A DNA stretch of 64,000 nt from an uncultured Candidatus Saccharibacteria bacterium (lineage in GTDB: Bacteria; Patescibacteriota; Minisyncoccia; Phycocordibacterales; Phycocordibacteraceae). A program made the position numbers and the translations under genes. Within the stretch, counting starts at the first letter, position 1. Each line of letters starts with the position of its first letter. Location of the stretch: assembly GCA_964402535.1 (NCBI GenBank), contig CAYOCH010000003.1, positions 1,825 to 65,824 of the forward strand, given 5' to 3'. Positions 36,964 to 46,484 of the stretch are shown here, one piece after another. The notes under the pieces were generated by a model. The model was not told the DNA's origin and did no database searches. It worked only from the letters and a program-made list of their open reading frames with translations.

Positions 36964-38358
36964 ATGTCATTGCGCGTGAGCTTCTACGGCGGAGCAGGGA
37001 AAGTGACCGGCTCCAATTTTTTAGTCGAAACTGACAAAGCGAAGGTACTCGTGGACTGCGGTATCGAGCAGGGTGCGGACTACGCGGTCGAGGAGGTTTA
37101 CGGACCATTCCCATATGACGTCTCTGCGATCGACGCGCTCGTGGTGACGCACGCGCACCTCGACCACGTGGGCAGGATCCCCAAGCTCATGCGGGACGGC
37201 TTCAGGGGCAAGATATACATGACGCCGCCGACCAAAGATTTGGCGACACTGATCCTTCTTGATTCGCTGAATATCCTCACGCAGGAGGCGATCCGGCTCG
37301 GGCGCCAGCCCCTCTACACCGACGTGGACGTCGAGGCGGCGATGCTCGCGACCGAGTCACTCGACTATCACGTCGAGAAGGAGATCGCTCCCGGTCTCTC
37401 GCTCTACTTGCGCAACACGGGGCACATCCTCGGCTCTGCGAGCGTGCGGCTCAAGGATTCAGACGGTACGTCGGTCGCCTTCACGGGCGACATCGGCAAC
37501 TCACCGTCACCTTTGCTGCCGAACTGGGAGGCGGTTCCAGATGCCGACGCGCTCATTATGGAGAGCACCTACGGCAACAAGGTTCACACCGAGCGGGCGA
37601 CGCGCGACCTGCTGCTGAAGGGTCGTTTGCAACTCGCGATACAACGCGGCGGGACGATCCTCATCCCCGCATTCTCGGTCGAGCGCACGCAGCTGATGCT
37701 CTATGAGCTCTCTAATTTCTTCTCGGCAAGAGACTTGCCCCAGATACCGGTCTTTCTCGACTCACCGCTCGCGATCAACGTGACCAAGATCTACGAGAAG
37801 TGGGGGATGACGTACTTCAAGCCCGAAGCCGAGGACGAGATGCAGCGCGAGGGGAGCCTCTTCGAGTTCCCGTTCTTGCAGAAGACTGCGGCGCACCAGG
37901 ACTCTGAGGCGATCGCGGCTATCCCGGGGCCGAAGATCATCATCGCCGGCGCCGGGATGAGCCACGGCGGCCGCATCGGCCGCTGGGAGACGCGCTATCT
38001 GCCGGACCCCAAGTCGACCATCTTCATGGTCGGCTACCAGGCGCCGGGTACGCCCGGTCGCCGCATACTCGACGGAGAGCCGAGAGCGCAGATTAATGGC
38101 GAAGAGGTGAACGTACGTGCGAAAGTCGAAAAGCTCGAGGGCTGGTCTGCGCACGCCGATCGCGACGGTCTCATCCGCTTTGCTGAGGCGGCGCTCAAGG
38201 AGAAGCGCCCCAAGGCGATCTTCACCGCGCATGGCGAGCCCGCTGCAGAGCGCTTCTTGGCGCAGCGCATCCACGACTACCTCGGCGCTCGCGCCATCGT
38301 CCCCGACATGGGCTCGACATGGGAGGTATCTAAAGAGTCGGTGGTTAACGTTGCTTGA
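36964..38358 (+). CDS. MBL-fold beta-CASP metallo-nuclease
   Basis: THAHLDHVGR, GHILGS, MESTYG and SAHAD motifs. Confidence 0.92.
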   Translation: MSLRVSFYGGAGKVTGSNFLVETDKAKVLVDCGIEQGADYAVEEVYGPFPYDVSAIDALVVTHAHLDHVGRIPKLMRDGFRGKIYMTPPTKDLATLILLDSLNILTQEAIRLGRQPLYTDVDVEAAMLATESLDYHVEKEIAPGLSLYLRNTGHILGSASVRLKDSDGTSVAFTGDIGNSPSPLLPNWEAVPDADALIMESTYGNKVHTERATRDLLLKGRLQLAIQRGGTILIPAFSVERTQLMLYELSNFFSARDLPQIPVFLDSPLAINVTKIYEKWGMTYFKPEAEDEMQREGSLFEFPFLQKTAAHQDSEAIAAIPGPKIIIAGAGMSHGGRIGRWETRYLPDPKSTIFMVGYQAPGTPGRRILDGEPRAQINGEEVNVRAKVEKLEGWSAHADRDGLIRFAEAALKEKRPKAIFTAHGEPAAERFLAQRIHDYLGARAIVPDMGSTWEVSKESVVNVA

Positions 38359-38403
38359 CTGATAGGTTAACATTTGTTAACCTAATGATTGCATAGGGTT
38401 AAC
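38343..38403. promoter_or_regulatory. putative operator array (four GTTAAC sites)
   Basis: TAGGTTAACA-TT-TGTTAACCTA (38363-38384) plus GGTTAAC at 38343 and 38397. Confidence 0.65.
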
Positions 38404-38414
38404 AACAGAATCGC

Positions 38415-38690
38415 ATGGAAAACAAAGGTAGAAAGGCCATCTTCATATCAGTAACCGAGCTTGCAAACATGCTCGGTGTGAGCCGTGTCGCCGTCTTTAA
38501 GAGGATTAAGAAGGGCCAGATTCCGGCGGAGAAGATCGGGCGGGCCTACGCGATATCGATGGAACACGTCACCGAACTCATCAATGGTACGAAGGTGTTG
38601 ACCGAAAGCAAGAAAGCTGAGATACGGGAGGCCGTCGAGAAGGTCGTAAGGGAATACGGCGAGACGCTCCGTCTGCTTGGTAAAGAGTAG
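38415..38690 (+). CDS. excisionase-like HTH protein (putative antitoxin)
   Basis: SVTELANMLGVSRVAVFKRIKKGQIPAEKIGR; C-terminal YGETLRLLGKE. Confidence 0.8.
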   Translation: MENKGRKAIFISVTELANMLGVSRVAVFKRIKKGQIPAEKIGRAYAISMEHVTELINGTKVLTESKKAEIREAVEKVVREYGETLRLLGKE

Positions 38691-38692
38691 AT

Positions 38693-39115
38693 ATGCGTGT
38701 CGGACGTCTTACTATCGCAGATATCGAATATGTCGCTCATCGTCTCGCCCGCGAGACGATGACATGGTCTGAACCGATCCCCGACTTCAGCACGCGCTAC
38801 ACGCATGCACTCGAGCGTACGATTGACCAGCCGTTTCAGTCATATGGCGGCAAGCAGCTGTACCAGGGTCTGCTCAAGAAGGCTTCGATACTCTTTTATC
38901 TGATGATCAAGAATCATCCGTTTCAAAACGGCAACAAGCGAATCGCGATGGCAGCTCTCTTCTGGTTCCTCTTTGAAAACAAGAAGTGGCTTCGCGTCGA
39001 TAACCAAGAACTCTACAACTTCGCAAAATGGGTCGCAGAAAGCAATCCGAAGCTCAAGGACGCGACCGTCAGTGCCGTTGAGACGTTTCTGAAAGGGTAT
39101 ATGGTTGATCGCTAG
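38693..39115 (+). CDS. Fic/Doc family protein (putative toxin)
   Basis: HPFQNGNKRIA Fic motif. Confidence 0.9.
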   Translation: MRVGRLTIADIEYVAHRLARETMTWSEPIPDFSTRYTHALERTIDQPFQSYGGKQLYQGLLKKASILFYLMIKNHPFQNGNKRIAMAALFWFLFENKKWLRVDNQELYNFAKWVAESNPKLKDATVSAVETFLKGYMVDR

Positions 39116-39117
39116 TT

Positions 39118-39339
39118 ATGACCGTCAAACCGGGCATCTACGAACACTACAAAGGAGAGAAGTATCGTGTGCTTGGTGTCGCGAAACACAGCGAGACGCT
39201 TGAAGACATGGTTGTCTATGAGGCGCTCTACGATAATGAATTGTCGAAATTATGGGTGCGTCCGGCGGCTCTATTTCAGGAATCTGTTAGCGTCGGTGGG
39301 AAAACTGTTCCGCGATTCCAATTTGTCGGCACAAACTAG
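39118..39339 (+). CDS. DUF1653 domain protein
   Basis: YEHYKG..Y.V...HSET.E..VVY..LY and LWVRP...F motifs. Confidence 0.88.
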   Translation: MTVKPGIYEHYKGEKYRVLGVAKHSETLEDMVVYEALYDNELSKLWVRPAALFQESVSVGGKTVPRFQFVGTN

Positions 39340-39345
39340 ACGAAA

Positions 39346-39373
39346 CGAAACCGCCCCGAGAGGGGCGGTTTCG
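39346..39373. terminator. bidirectional terminator
   Basis: CGAAACCGCCCC-GAGA-GGGGCGGTTTCG. Confidence 0.75.
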
Positions 39374-39391
39374 ATTGAGGGAGAAGGTAGC

Positions 39392-39739
39392 TTAGGCGAC
39401 CTTCTTGGCGATCCGGGCGAAGACCGCGGGGTGCTCTGCCGCGAACGTCGCGAGGACCTTGCGGTCGAGGGCGAAGCCGTTCTTCTTGAGCTTTGCGATG
39501 AACGTCGAGTACGACTTGTGGCCGTTCTCGCGGACGGCGGCGTTCAAGCGAACGATCCACAGCTGGCGAAAGACCGTCTTCTTGTCGCGACGATGCGCGA
39601 ACGCGTAGCGCCCGGCGCGCATAAGCGCCTCGTGCGCATAGTTCTTCTTCTTCGAGCGGAGGCCGCGGTATCCCTTGGCGCGCTCCAAGACGTTCTTGCG
39701 CTTCTTGTTCGCCATCACCCCTCCTTTGATTCGTGTCAT
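39392..39739 (-). CDS. rplT: 50S ribosomal protein L20
   Basis: AKGYRG, FRQLWIVRLNAA and LDRKVLA motifs. Confidence 0.97.
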   Translation of the reverse strand: MTRIKGGVMANKKRKNVLERAKGYRGLRSKKKNYAHEALMRAGRYAFAHRRDKKTVFRQLWIVRLNAAVRENGHKSYSTFIAKLKKNGFALDRKVLATFAAEHPAVFARIAKKVA

Positions 39740-39758
39740 GTCTAAATAGTTAAACGGA

Positions 39759-39950
39759 TTACGCGCTCGTAGCCGGGAGGAAGCGGCGGCGGACCTTGGC
39801 GGTCAGGTGGATCGCGACCGCGCGGCGCTTGCCCGAGCGCTCAGAGCCGCTCTGCTTGGCGTTGAAGTGGTTCTGTCCCGGCTTGCGCGCCATGAGCTTC
39901 CCGTTCTTGGTGACGCGGATGCGCTTCGTATAAGATTTATTGGTTTTCAT
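39759..39950 (-). CDS. rpmI: 50S ribosomal protein L35
   Basis: MKTNKS..KRI.VT..GK; lies between infC and rplT. Confidence 0.93.
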   Translation of the reverse strand: MKTNKSYTKRIRVTKNGKLMARKPGQNHFNAKQSGSERSGKRRAVAIHLTAKVRRRFLPATSA

Positions 39951-40503
39951 GGTTTGGTTTTGCTTCCTTGTCGCGTTTCGCCTGCGCGGCCTGGTCGCGC
40001 TCGATCACTCCGGCGAACCCCTTAGGGCTCTTGGCGATCGGCTCGGCGACCTTGTACGCGTAGGGGATGCGGAGCAGGAACTTCTCGAGCCGGTCTTTGA
40101 GGAATTTCTCCTCCATGCCCTTGTAGCGCCCTTTCAGGAAGAGCTCGGCGCGCACGCGGTGCCCCTCGGCGAGCCACTCGGCGGCTTTCTTGGCCTTGAG
40201 GGCCATATCGTTGTCGCCGGTGCCGACCTTGATCTGCACCTCCTTGGTCTCGGATACCTTGACCTTGGCTTTTACGGCCTTTTCCTTCTTGCTACGCTCG
40301 TACTCGAATTTACCATAATCTACGATCTTCGCAACGGGCGGGACGGCAGAGGGCGAGATCTCGATCAGGTCGAGACCGGCCTGTTTGGCGGCCGCCAAGG
40401 CGGCCGAGAGGGAGAGGACGCCCAGGTTCTCGCCCTGTGCGCCAACGACGCGCAGCTCCGCTGCGCGTATCTCATTATTGATGCGGAGTCGTTCTGTAGC
40501 CAC
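39937..40503 (-). CDS. infC: translation initiation factor IF-3
   Basis: RINNEI, GLDLIEI and PPVAKIVDYGKF motifs. Confidence 0.96.
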   Translation of the reverse strand: MATERLRINNEIRAAELRVVGAQGENLGVLSLSAALAAAKQAGLDLIEISPSAVPPVAKIVDYGKFEYERSKKEKAVKAKVKVSETKEVQIKVGTGDNDMALKAKKAAEWLAEGHRVRAELFLKGRYKGMEEKFLKDRLEKFLLRIPYAYKVAEPIAKSPKGFAGVIERDQAAQAKRDKEAKPNHENQ

Positions 40504-40546
40504 TGGAAGTGAGCTGACTATAGCACAAAATGGCGTCCTTGCGCAA

Positions 40547-41467
40547 TTATTTCGCGATCTGGCTCGGGTCGGAGAGGATCATCTCGGCCTGGCCCTGATA
40601 GGAGGTGATCTTGCCGGTCACGGTGATGGCTCGCCCGGCGTAGCGCGAGAGGTCGCCGAAGGCCTTCGCATCATCGGCGAAGATGACACCCGAGAACGGG
40701 CAGGACTTGTAGCTCGCGCAGAAGTCGAGAAAGACGGTCCCGGAGGCCGAGGTATAGGCCTTCACCAAGGTGCCCTGCACCGAGGCCTGCTCGCCGATGT
40801 GCTTCGGCGCCTCGGAGTAGGGGATCGTGCCGGCTGAAACAGTCGCGGCCGCTCCCGCGGCCGCGCGATTGCCCTTGTATGCCTCAAGCAATTTGAGCAG
40901 GATATTCTCGTACGCTTGGCGGATCGCCGGGTCGGTGCCGATCTCGAGGAGCTCGTCGTTCTTGGTCGTCGCCGATCCGGTCCAGTTGTAACTGCCCATC
41001 GCGTAGGCCGAGTCGGTGACGAGCGCCTTGATGTGCATGATGCCGTTGCCGTCGGCGTGCTTCTCGGTGACGACGGGGATCTTGGCCGCGAGCAGCTCCG
41101 CGATGATCGGCCGGTCGTAGCTCGAAGCGCTCTCGCCAGAATCCACGAGGCCGCGTACCTCCACGCCGCGCTCTTTCGCCCGCACGAGCGCATCGGCGAC
41201 ATCTTTCAAAGTGAATTCGTAGATCGCGAAGTAAATGTGCGTCTTTGCGCCATCGATGAGCGCGATGAGCTCTTTATCGTTCTGTTTTTGATCGAGACTG
41301 TAGATGATGCGGATGGAATCCGCGGGCGGCGCTGTGACCGTCTGCACCGGGATCGCGACGCTTGCAGCACCAGACCCCGTCTGGCCGCTCCCGAGTCCGT
41401 ACCCGGCGCCGCCCGCGGCGAGAGCGAGGATAAGCGCAGCGATCGAGCGGATGAGTTTCTGGTTCAT
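40547..41467 (-). CDS. membrane-anchored PLD-family (single HKD) nuclease-like protein with C-terminal OB-like domain
   Basis: N-terminal TM; HIKALVTD..GSYNWT..N.E; tail with ITVTGKIT.YQG..E. Confidence 0.8.
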   Translation of the reverse strand: MNQKLIRSIAALILALAAGGAGYGLGSGQTGSGAASVAIPVQTVTAPPADSIRIIYSLDQKQNDKELIALIDGAKTHIYFAIYEFTLKDVADALVRAKERGVEVRGLVDSGESASSYDRPIIAELLAAKIPVVTEKHADGNGIMHIKALVTDSAYAMGSYNWTGSATTKNDELLEIGTDPAIRQAYENILLKLLEAYKGNRAAAGAAATVSAGTIPYSEAPKHIGEQASVQGTLVKAYTSASGTVFLDFCASYKSCPFSGVIFADDAKAFGDLSRYAGRAITVTGKITSYQGQAEMILSDPSQIAK

Positions 41468-41544
41468 GAAGAGCAGTATACCCTTATCCACACCGGCACC
41501 GTATTTCTGGTACGCTACGCTTCACGAGTAATCACACCAACACC

Positions 41545-42078
41545 ATGCATATCATCGCACTCTCCGGGAGCATCAGATCCAAGTCCTCGAACACGGCAAT
41601 CCTGCGCGCCATGCAGCAGCTTGCGCCGGCAGGCATGACGATCGAGATCGTCCCGATCGACACTCTCCCGCTCTACAACTCCGACCTCGAGGCGTCCTTC
41701 CCGCAGTCGGCGCAGGAACTCAAGTCTAAAATCGAGGGCGCCGATGGCGTCATCATCGCGACGCCGGAGTACAACCGCTCGATTCCGGGTGTCTTGAAGA
41801 ACGCAATCGATTGGGCGAGCCGACCTTACGGCAAGAATTCGTTCAAGAGAAAGCCCCTCCTCGCCCTCGGCGTCTCGGGCGGCAAGATTGGCACCGCGGT
41901 CGCGCAGAGTCACTTGAAGCAGATCATGACCTATCTCGACGCGGACGTGATCGGCCAGCCGGAGCTCTACATCGGCCCCGCCTCGGACGTCTTCGACGAG
42001 AACGACAACATCATCGATGACTCCACGAAAGAGCATCTCGCGAAGGCGCTCGAGGTGCTCGCTTCACGCAAGGCGTGA
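41545..42078 (+). CDS. NADPH-dependent FMN reductase
   Basis: SGSIR..S.N and TPEYNRSIPGVLKNAIDW motifs. Confidence 0.93.
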   Translation: MHIIALSGSIRSKSSNTAILRAMQQLAPAGMTIEIVPIDTLPLYNSDLEASFPQSAQELKSKIEGADGVIIATPEYNRSIPGVLKNAIDWASRPYGKNSFKRKPLLALGVSGGKIGTAVAQSHLKQIMTYLDADVIGQPELYIGPASDVFDENDNIIDDSTKEHLAKALEVLASRKA

Positions 42079-42091
42079 TACCCTGGGGAGG

Positions 42092-42583
42092 ATGGATATT
42101 CTCCCCACGACCAAAGACGAGCGAGAGCGGGACATCCTCTGGTTCTTCGACCTCGCGCTCATAGTGAAGGTGATCAACGGCGCGCTCGAGATGCTCGGCG
42201 CGCTCTTGATCCTCCTTGTGCCGCCCTCGCTCGTGCTTAAGGTCGCCGAGTTCGCGACCTCTGGAGAGGTGGGACGGGACTCTGGCGACGTGGTCGCGAC
42301 GTGGATCCGTACCACGGCGCAGTCGTTCGCCGTACAATCGCACTACCTCCTCGCGGCCTACCTCGCTTCGCATGGGCTTATCAAGGTACTCCTCGTCATC
42401 GGCATCTTCGCCGGCAAGAAGATCGCGTACCCGCTCTTCATGCTGGCGCTCGCGATCTTCGGCGCATACGAGGCATACCGCGGCTTCTTCCGCAACGAGC
42501 TCTTGCTCCAGGCGCTCGCGGTGTTCGACCTCGCCCTCCTCGTGCTCACCTCATACGAATACCGTCGCCGGTATCCGCGTTAG
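42092..42583 (+). CDS. DUF2127-like membrane protein
   Basis: K.ING.LE, YL..HG.IK and AYP patterns; several TMs. Confidence 0.75.
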   Translation: MDILPTTKDERERDILWFFDLALIVKVINGALEMLGALLILLVPPSLVLKVAEFATSGEVGRDSGDVVATWIRTTAQSFAVQSHYLLAAYLASHGLIKVLLVIGIFAGKKIAYPLFMLALAIFGAYEAYRGFFRNELLLQALAVFDLALLVLTSYEYRRRYPR

Positions 42584-43179
42584 CTCTCCGCGTTGCGGTT
42601 CTTGAACTCCCTAAACGAACGCAGGTTGTGACGCGCGATGAAGAAGAGCGCGAGGACGAAGAGGATCGCGATCCCCCAACGAGCTGTGTATTCCCACTTC
42701 GACGTGAATGCGCCGAACCAGTACGAGGCAGAGAAGAGGACAGTAGTCCAGATCGAGGTCGCGACGATCGCCGTGAAGATGAAGGTCGAGAGCGGCGAGC
42801 GGAAGAACCCGCTCGCGGTATAGGTCGGCATCCTCGAGCCGGGGATGAAGCGCGCCGAGAAGACCGTCAGCACGAAACGGTTCTCAAGCCAGGCGCGGAA
42901 GGGCGCGATGAAGTCGTGGTCGACGTATCTCCCGAGGCGAGGGTGCGTGCTCGCGAGATAGCCGAGGAAGTAGAGCGCTAGGTCGCCGACGACGATCCCC
43001 AGATAGAGCGAGGAGAGGGCGAGCGGGACGCTGATCAGTCCGTCTGCGGCAAGCACGCCGACGATCACCGTCGTCGTGTCCTCGAGGAAGAAGGTTCCGA
43101 GCGCGATTGTGAGCATCACGAGGATCGTGCTGCCGAGCGAGCCGCCGATCAAGTTCGAGATGAAGAGTGCGGGGGACAT
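42580..43179 (-). CDS. DedA/VTT family membrane protein
   Basis: GD..LY.LG and ARFIPG.R motifs. Confidence 0.85.
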   Translation of the reverse strand: MSPALFISNLIGGSLGSTILVMLTIALGTFFLEDTTTVIVGVLAADGLISVPLALSSLYLGIVVGDLALYFLGYLASTHPRLGRYVDHDFIAPFRAWLENRFVLTVFSARFIPGSRMPTYTASGFFRSPLSTFIFTAIVATSIWTTVLFSASYWFGAFTSKWEYTARWGIAILFVLALFFIARHNLRSFREFKNRNAES

Positions 43180-43266
43180 GAGCGCCTTAATCTTAGCAGA
43201 TTTCCTTATGCACAGGGTGCTTCTACTGGCGTCTTGTCTCCCGCTCCCGGCGGTATCATTGTCCGT

Positions 43267-43656
43267 ATGTCCCGACGATTGTCACTCCTCTTCGGCGCTA
43301 TCCTCGCGCTCCTCGGCGCGCTCGGATTCGTGTCGAACCCGCTCATAGGCACGAACGCCATCTTTGCGGCTGACACGGCGCATAACCTCATCCATATCAT
43401 TCTTGGCGCCGTTCTGCTCGGCATCGGCCTATGGCGGCCGGCACGGGCGGAGTTCTGGCTCAAGGTTGTGGGCGCGATCACGTTCCTCATGGGACTCATC
43501 GGCCTCCTCACGGTGCCCTCGACCGGCGGCTCGCTCCTGGGTCTCGCCTACACGAACGGCGCGATCGACTGGTTCCATGTCATCATCGGTTTGATCCTCT
43601 TTTTTGCTCTGATGGTGGTCGGAGACGACTACCCGGAACCTCGAGCAGCCGCCTGA
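43267..43656 (+). CDS. DUF4383-like membrane protein
   Basis: HNLIHIILG and N..D.FH motifs; four TMs. Confidence 0.75.
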   Translation: MSRRLSLLFGAILALLGALGFVSNPLIGTNAIFAADTAHNLIHIILGAVLLGIGLWRPARAEFWLKVVGAITFLMGLIGLLTVPSTGGSLLGLAYTNGAIDWFHVIIGLILFFALMVVGDDYPEPRAAA

Positions 43657-43701
43657 ACAGGGCATTTGCGCACTCTCGGTGATGCGCGTATCCTGGGCAT
43701 C

Positions 43702-44166
43702 ATGAAACGGGCCGGTGTCATAGCGATTCTCGTGCTCGCCTTCTTCGGCCTTGCGGATTCAGCCTATCTGACGCAGCACGTGATCTCCGGCACACCGCTC
43801 GTCTGCAACATTCAGAGCCTTTCAGGCTGCAATATCGTCGCCTCGAGCCAGTACTCGAAGATTCTCGGCATCCCGCTCGCCGAGCTCGGCGTCCTCTTCT
43901 ACGGCGTGCTGTTCATCCTCGCGGCGCTCGAGCTCGTCCTTTTTGACCAGCTCCTGCGCCGCGTGATCCAGGTTGCCGCGGTCGTCGGGGCGCTCGCCTC
44001 GATCTATTTCACCTCCGTGCAGGTGTTCCTCATCGGCGCGCTCTGCATCTACTGTTCCGTCTCCGCCGGTATCTCCATCCTCATCCTCCTCATCGCGAGT
44101 TTCCTCGAGCCGCTCCGGCGGCGTACGCACGTTCTCTCCCCGCATCTGCCGATGCCGCCTCGGTAG
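43702..44166 (+). CDS. vitamin K epoxide reductase (VKOR) family protein
   Basis: C..C..V..S.YS, GIP.A.LG and CIYC motifs. Confidence 0.9.
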   Translation: MKRAGVIAILVLAFFGLADSAYLTQHVISGTPLVCNIQSLSGCNIVASSQYSKILGIPLAELGVLFYGVLFILAALELVLFDQLLRRVIQVAAVVGALASIYFTSVQVFLIGALCIYCSVSAGISILILLIASFLEPLRRRTHVLSPHLPMPPR

Positions 44167-44172
44167 CCGCCT

Positions 44173-45339
44173 ATGCACCGCACGTTCTTCATCGCCACTG
44201 CGCTCCTCCTCCTGCCGGCGAGTGCGCTTGCGGCACGCGCGCCGTCGACCTTCGAGGCGGCGAATTCGCTCCTTATGGCGAGCTCGTCGCCGGGCAACGC
44301 GTACGTCGCTGGCGCGTCGGTCGTTGTAACTGCAACGGTCGCCGGCGACCTCTCGGCAGCCGGCGGGTCGGTCGTCGCAGCCGCACCCGTCACGGGTGAC
44401 AGCCTCCTCTTCGGCGGTTCGGTGAGTTCGCGGGCGCGGGTCGGCGGCGATCTGCGCACAGCGGGCGGGACGATCACGGTCGAAGAGCCGGTCGCAGGCG
44501 ACATCGTCGCATTCGGCTACGCCGTGCATGATTTGAATCGTGCGGGCGGGAGCGTGTTTATCGCCGCTGTCGATGCCGACCTCGAGGACGGCGCTGCCGG
44601 TCCTGTGACGGTTTACGGCAACAATGTCGTGCTCGCCGGCACCTACGGCGGCGATGTGACGGTCGTCGCGAGCAATCATCTTACGCTCGCGGCAAGCACG
44701 ACTATCGTCGGCAAGCTCGTCTATCAGGCGCCGGAGCAGGCGACAATTCCCGCCTCTGCTACGATCATGGGCGGGATCCAGTTCGAGAACGCGTCCTATC
44801 TACCGCCCGCGGGGACATCGCGGGTGCTCGCGGCCGTGAGCCTCGGCTTCTTCCTTTTTGCCCGCATCCTGGGTGCGCTCATCATCGCGGGCCTCGTGGC
44901 CGGCCTCTTCCCGCGGCTGTCTGAAGTCGTGACCGACCGCGCGTACAGCGCTCGCGTGCGGAGCGTCCTGCTCGCGCTGCTTCTTGGATTCGGGATCCTC
45001 GTCGCAACGCCGGTGCTGCTCGTCCTCCTCTCGCTCACGTTCGTCGGCATCGGGCTCGCCATCATCCTCTTCCTCCTCTATGCGCTCCTCGTGCTGCTCT
45101 CGCTCGCATACGCAGGCATCCTGCTCGGGAGCGTCGGCGCGCGGCGCTTCATGGGGCGCGAGGCAGTCTATTGGTATGACGGCGTCTTCGGCATGCTCGC
45201 GCTCTCGCTCGTCTCGCTTATCCCGATCCTTGGGCCGCTCGTGATCGGCCTCCTGATGATCTTTACTGCCGGCGTGCTGCTACAGCTCTTCTTCTCCTTC
45301 GCATTCCCTCACGAAGACCGCACCGCGCAGATGCTATAA
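44173..45339 (+). CDS. bactofilin-like beta-helix repeat membrane protein
   Basis: Signal peptide, repeated V.GD..AAGG units, C-terminal TM bundle. Confidence 0.7.
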   Translation: MHRTFFIATALLLLPASALAARAPSTFEAANSLLMASSSPGNAYVAGASVVVTATVAGDLSAAGGSVVAAAPVTGDSLLFGGSVSSRARVGGDLRTAGGTITVEEPVAGDIVAFGYAVHDLNRAGGSVFIAAVDADLEDGAAGPVTVYGNNVVLAGTYGGDVTVVASNHLTLAASTTIVGKLVYQAPEQATIPASATIMGGIQFENASYLPPAGTSRVLAAVSLGFFLFARILGALIIAGLVAGLFPRLSEVVTDRAYSARVRSVLLALLLGFGILVATPVLLVLLSLTFVGIGLAIILFLLYALLVLLSLAYAGILLGSVGARRFMGREAVYWYDGVFGMLALSLVSLIPILGPLVIGLLMIFTAGVLLQLFFSFAFPHEDRTAQML

Positions 45340-45348
45340 TCGCCGCCG

Positions 45349-45819
45349 ATGGAGATACCGAAGGCCGCGACGCCCGCGCATCATTTCTCTCTCCCAGATC
45401 AGGACGGGCAGGTGCATGCGCTTGCCGACTATCGTGGCAAATGGGTGCTCCTCTATTTCTACCCCAAGGACGACACGCCCGGCTGCACGATCGAGGCGTG
45501 CACGATCCGCGACCAGTTCAAGGATTTCACCGCTATCAATGCCGCAGTTCTCGGCGTTTCGACGGACTCTGTGGCGAGCCACAAGCGCTTCGCGACGACC
45601 TACGCGCTTCCGTTCACACTCCTCGCTGACGAGCATAAGGAGGTGGTGGGGCGCTACGGCGTCTTCGGCGAGAAGAAGTTCATGAGCAAGACCTACATGG
45701 GCACGAAACGAACGTCGTTTCTCATCAGTCCGGACGGAATGATCGCCAAGGTCTATGAGAACGTGAAGCCCGAGATGCATGCGGCCGAGGTGATCGCAGA
45801 CTTGCGCGCGCTCGTATGA
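45349..45819 (+). CDS. bcp: peroxiredoxin Bcp
   Basis: YFYPKDDTPGCTIEAC motif. Confidence 0.93.
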   Translation: MEIPKAATPAHHFSLPDQDGQVHALADYRGKWVLLYFYPKDDTPGCTIEACTIRDQFKDFTAINAAVLGVSTDSVASHKRFATTYALPFTLLADEHKEVVGRYGVFGEKKFMSKTYMGTKRTSFLISPDGMIAKVYENVKPEMHAAEVIADLRALV

Positions 45820-46484
45820 CAAGCGCGAAGAAAGCGGAGCGTGCAGCGCGCGCGAAGAAGATCGTCGCGTACCTGAAGAAGGCGTACCCGGAGCCGAAGA
45901 GCGAGCTCAAGCACGCGACCCCCCTTCAGTTCGTCGTCGCGGTCGTGCTCTCGGCGCAATGTACCGACAAAGCAGTGAACAAGCTTACCGCGACGCTCTT
46001 CAAGAAATATAGGAAGCCCAAAGATTTTGCGAACGCGAGGCTCGCGACGTTCACGAAAGAGATCTCCTCGATCCCGTTCTTCAGGAATAAAGCCAAAAAC
46101 ATCATCGCCGCGGCGAAGAAGATCGAATCTGATTATGCCGGGCGCGTGCCCCGTAACGAGAAGGATCTGGTCTCGTTACCTGGGGTCGGCTACAAGACCG
46201 CGCACGTGATCCTCGGCGAGCTGCACGATATCTGGGAGGGGATCGCGACCGACACGCACGTGAAGCGCTTTGCCAAGCGATTCGACCTAACAGACAACGA
46301 CGACCTGACCAAGATCTCGAAGGACTTGGAGGCTCTGATACCGAAAAAGGACTGGAAATACGTGAACAACGGCCTCGTCCTCTACGGCCGGTACGTCTGC
46401 CCGGCGCGCCCGCACGACTGCACCGACCATCCGCTCACCAAGCTGTATCCGCAAGCTGCAACCCGATGGCCCAAAGCGAAATAA
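45816..46484 (+). CDS. nth: endonuclease III (HhH-GPD)
   Basis: LSAQCTD..VN, LPGVGYKTA and DTHV motifs. Confidence 0.9.
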   Translation: MTSAKKAERAARAKKIVAYLKKAYPEPKSELKHATPLQFVVAVVLSAQCTDKAVNKLTATLFKKYRKPKDFANARLATFTKEISSIPFFRNKAKNIIAAAKKIESDYAGRVPRNEKDLVSLPGVGYKTAHVILGELHDIWEGIATDTHVKRFAKRFDLTDNDDLTKISKDLEALIPKKDWKYVNNGLVLYGRYVCPARPHDCTDHPLTKLYPQAATRWPKAK

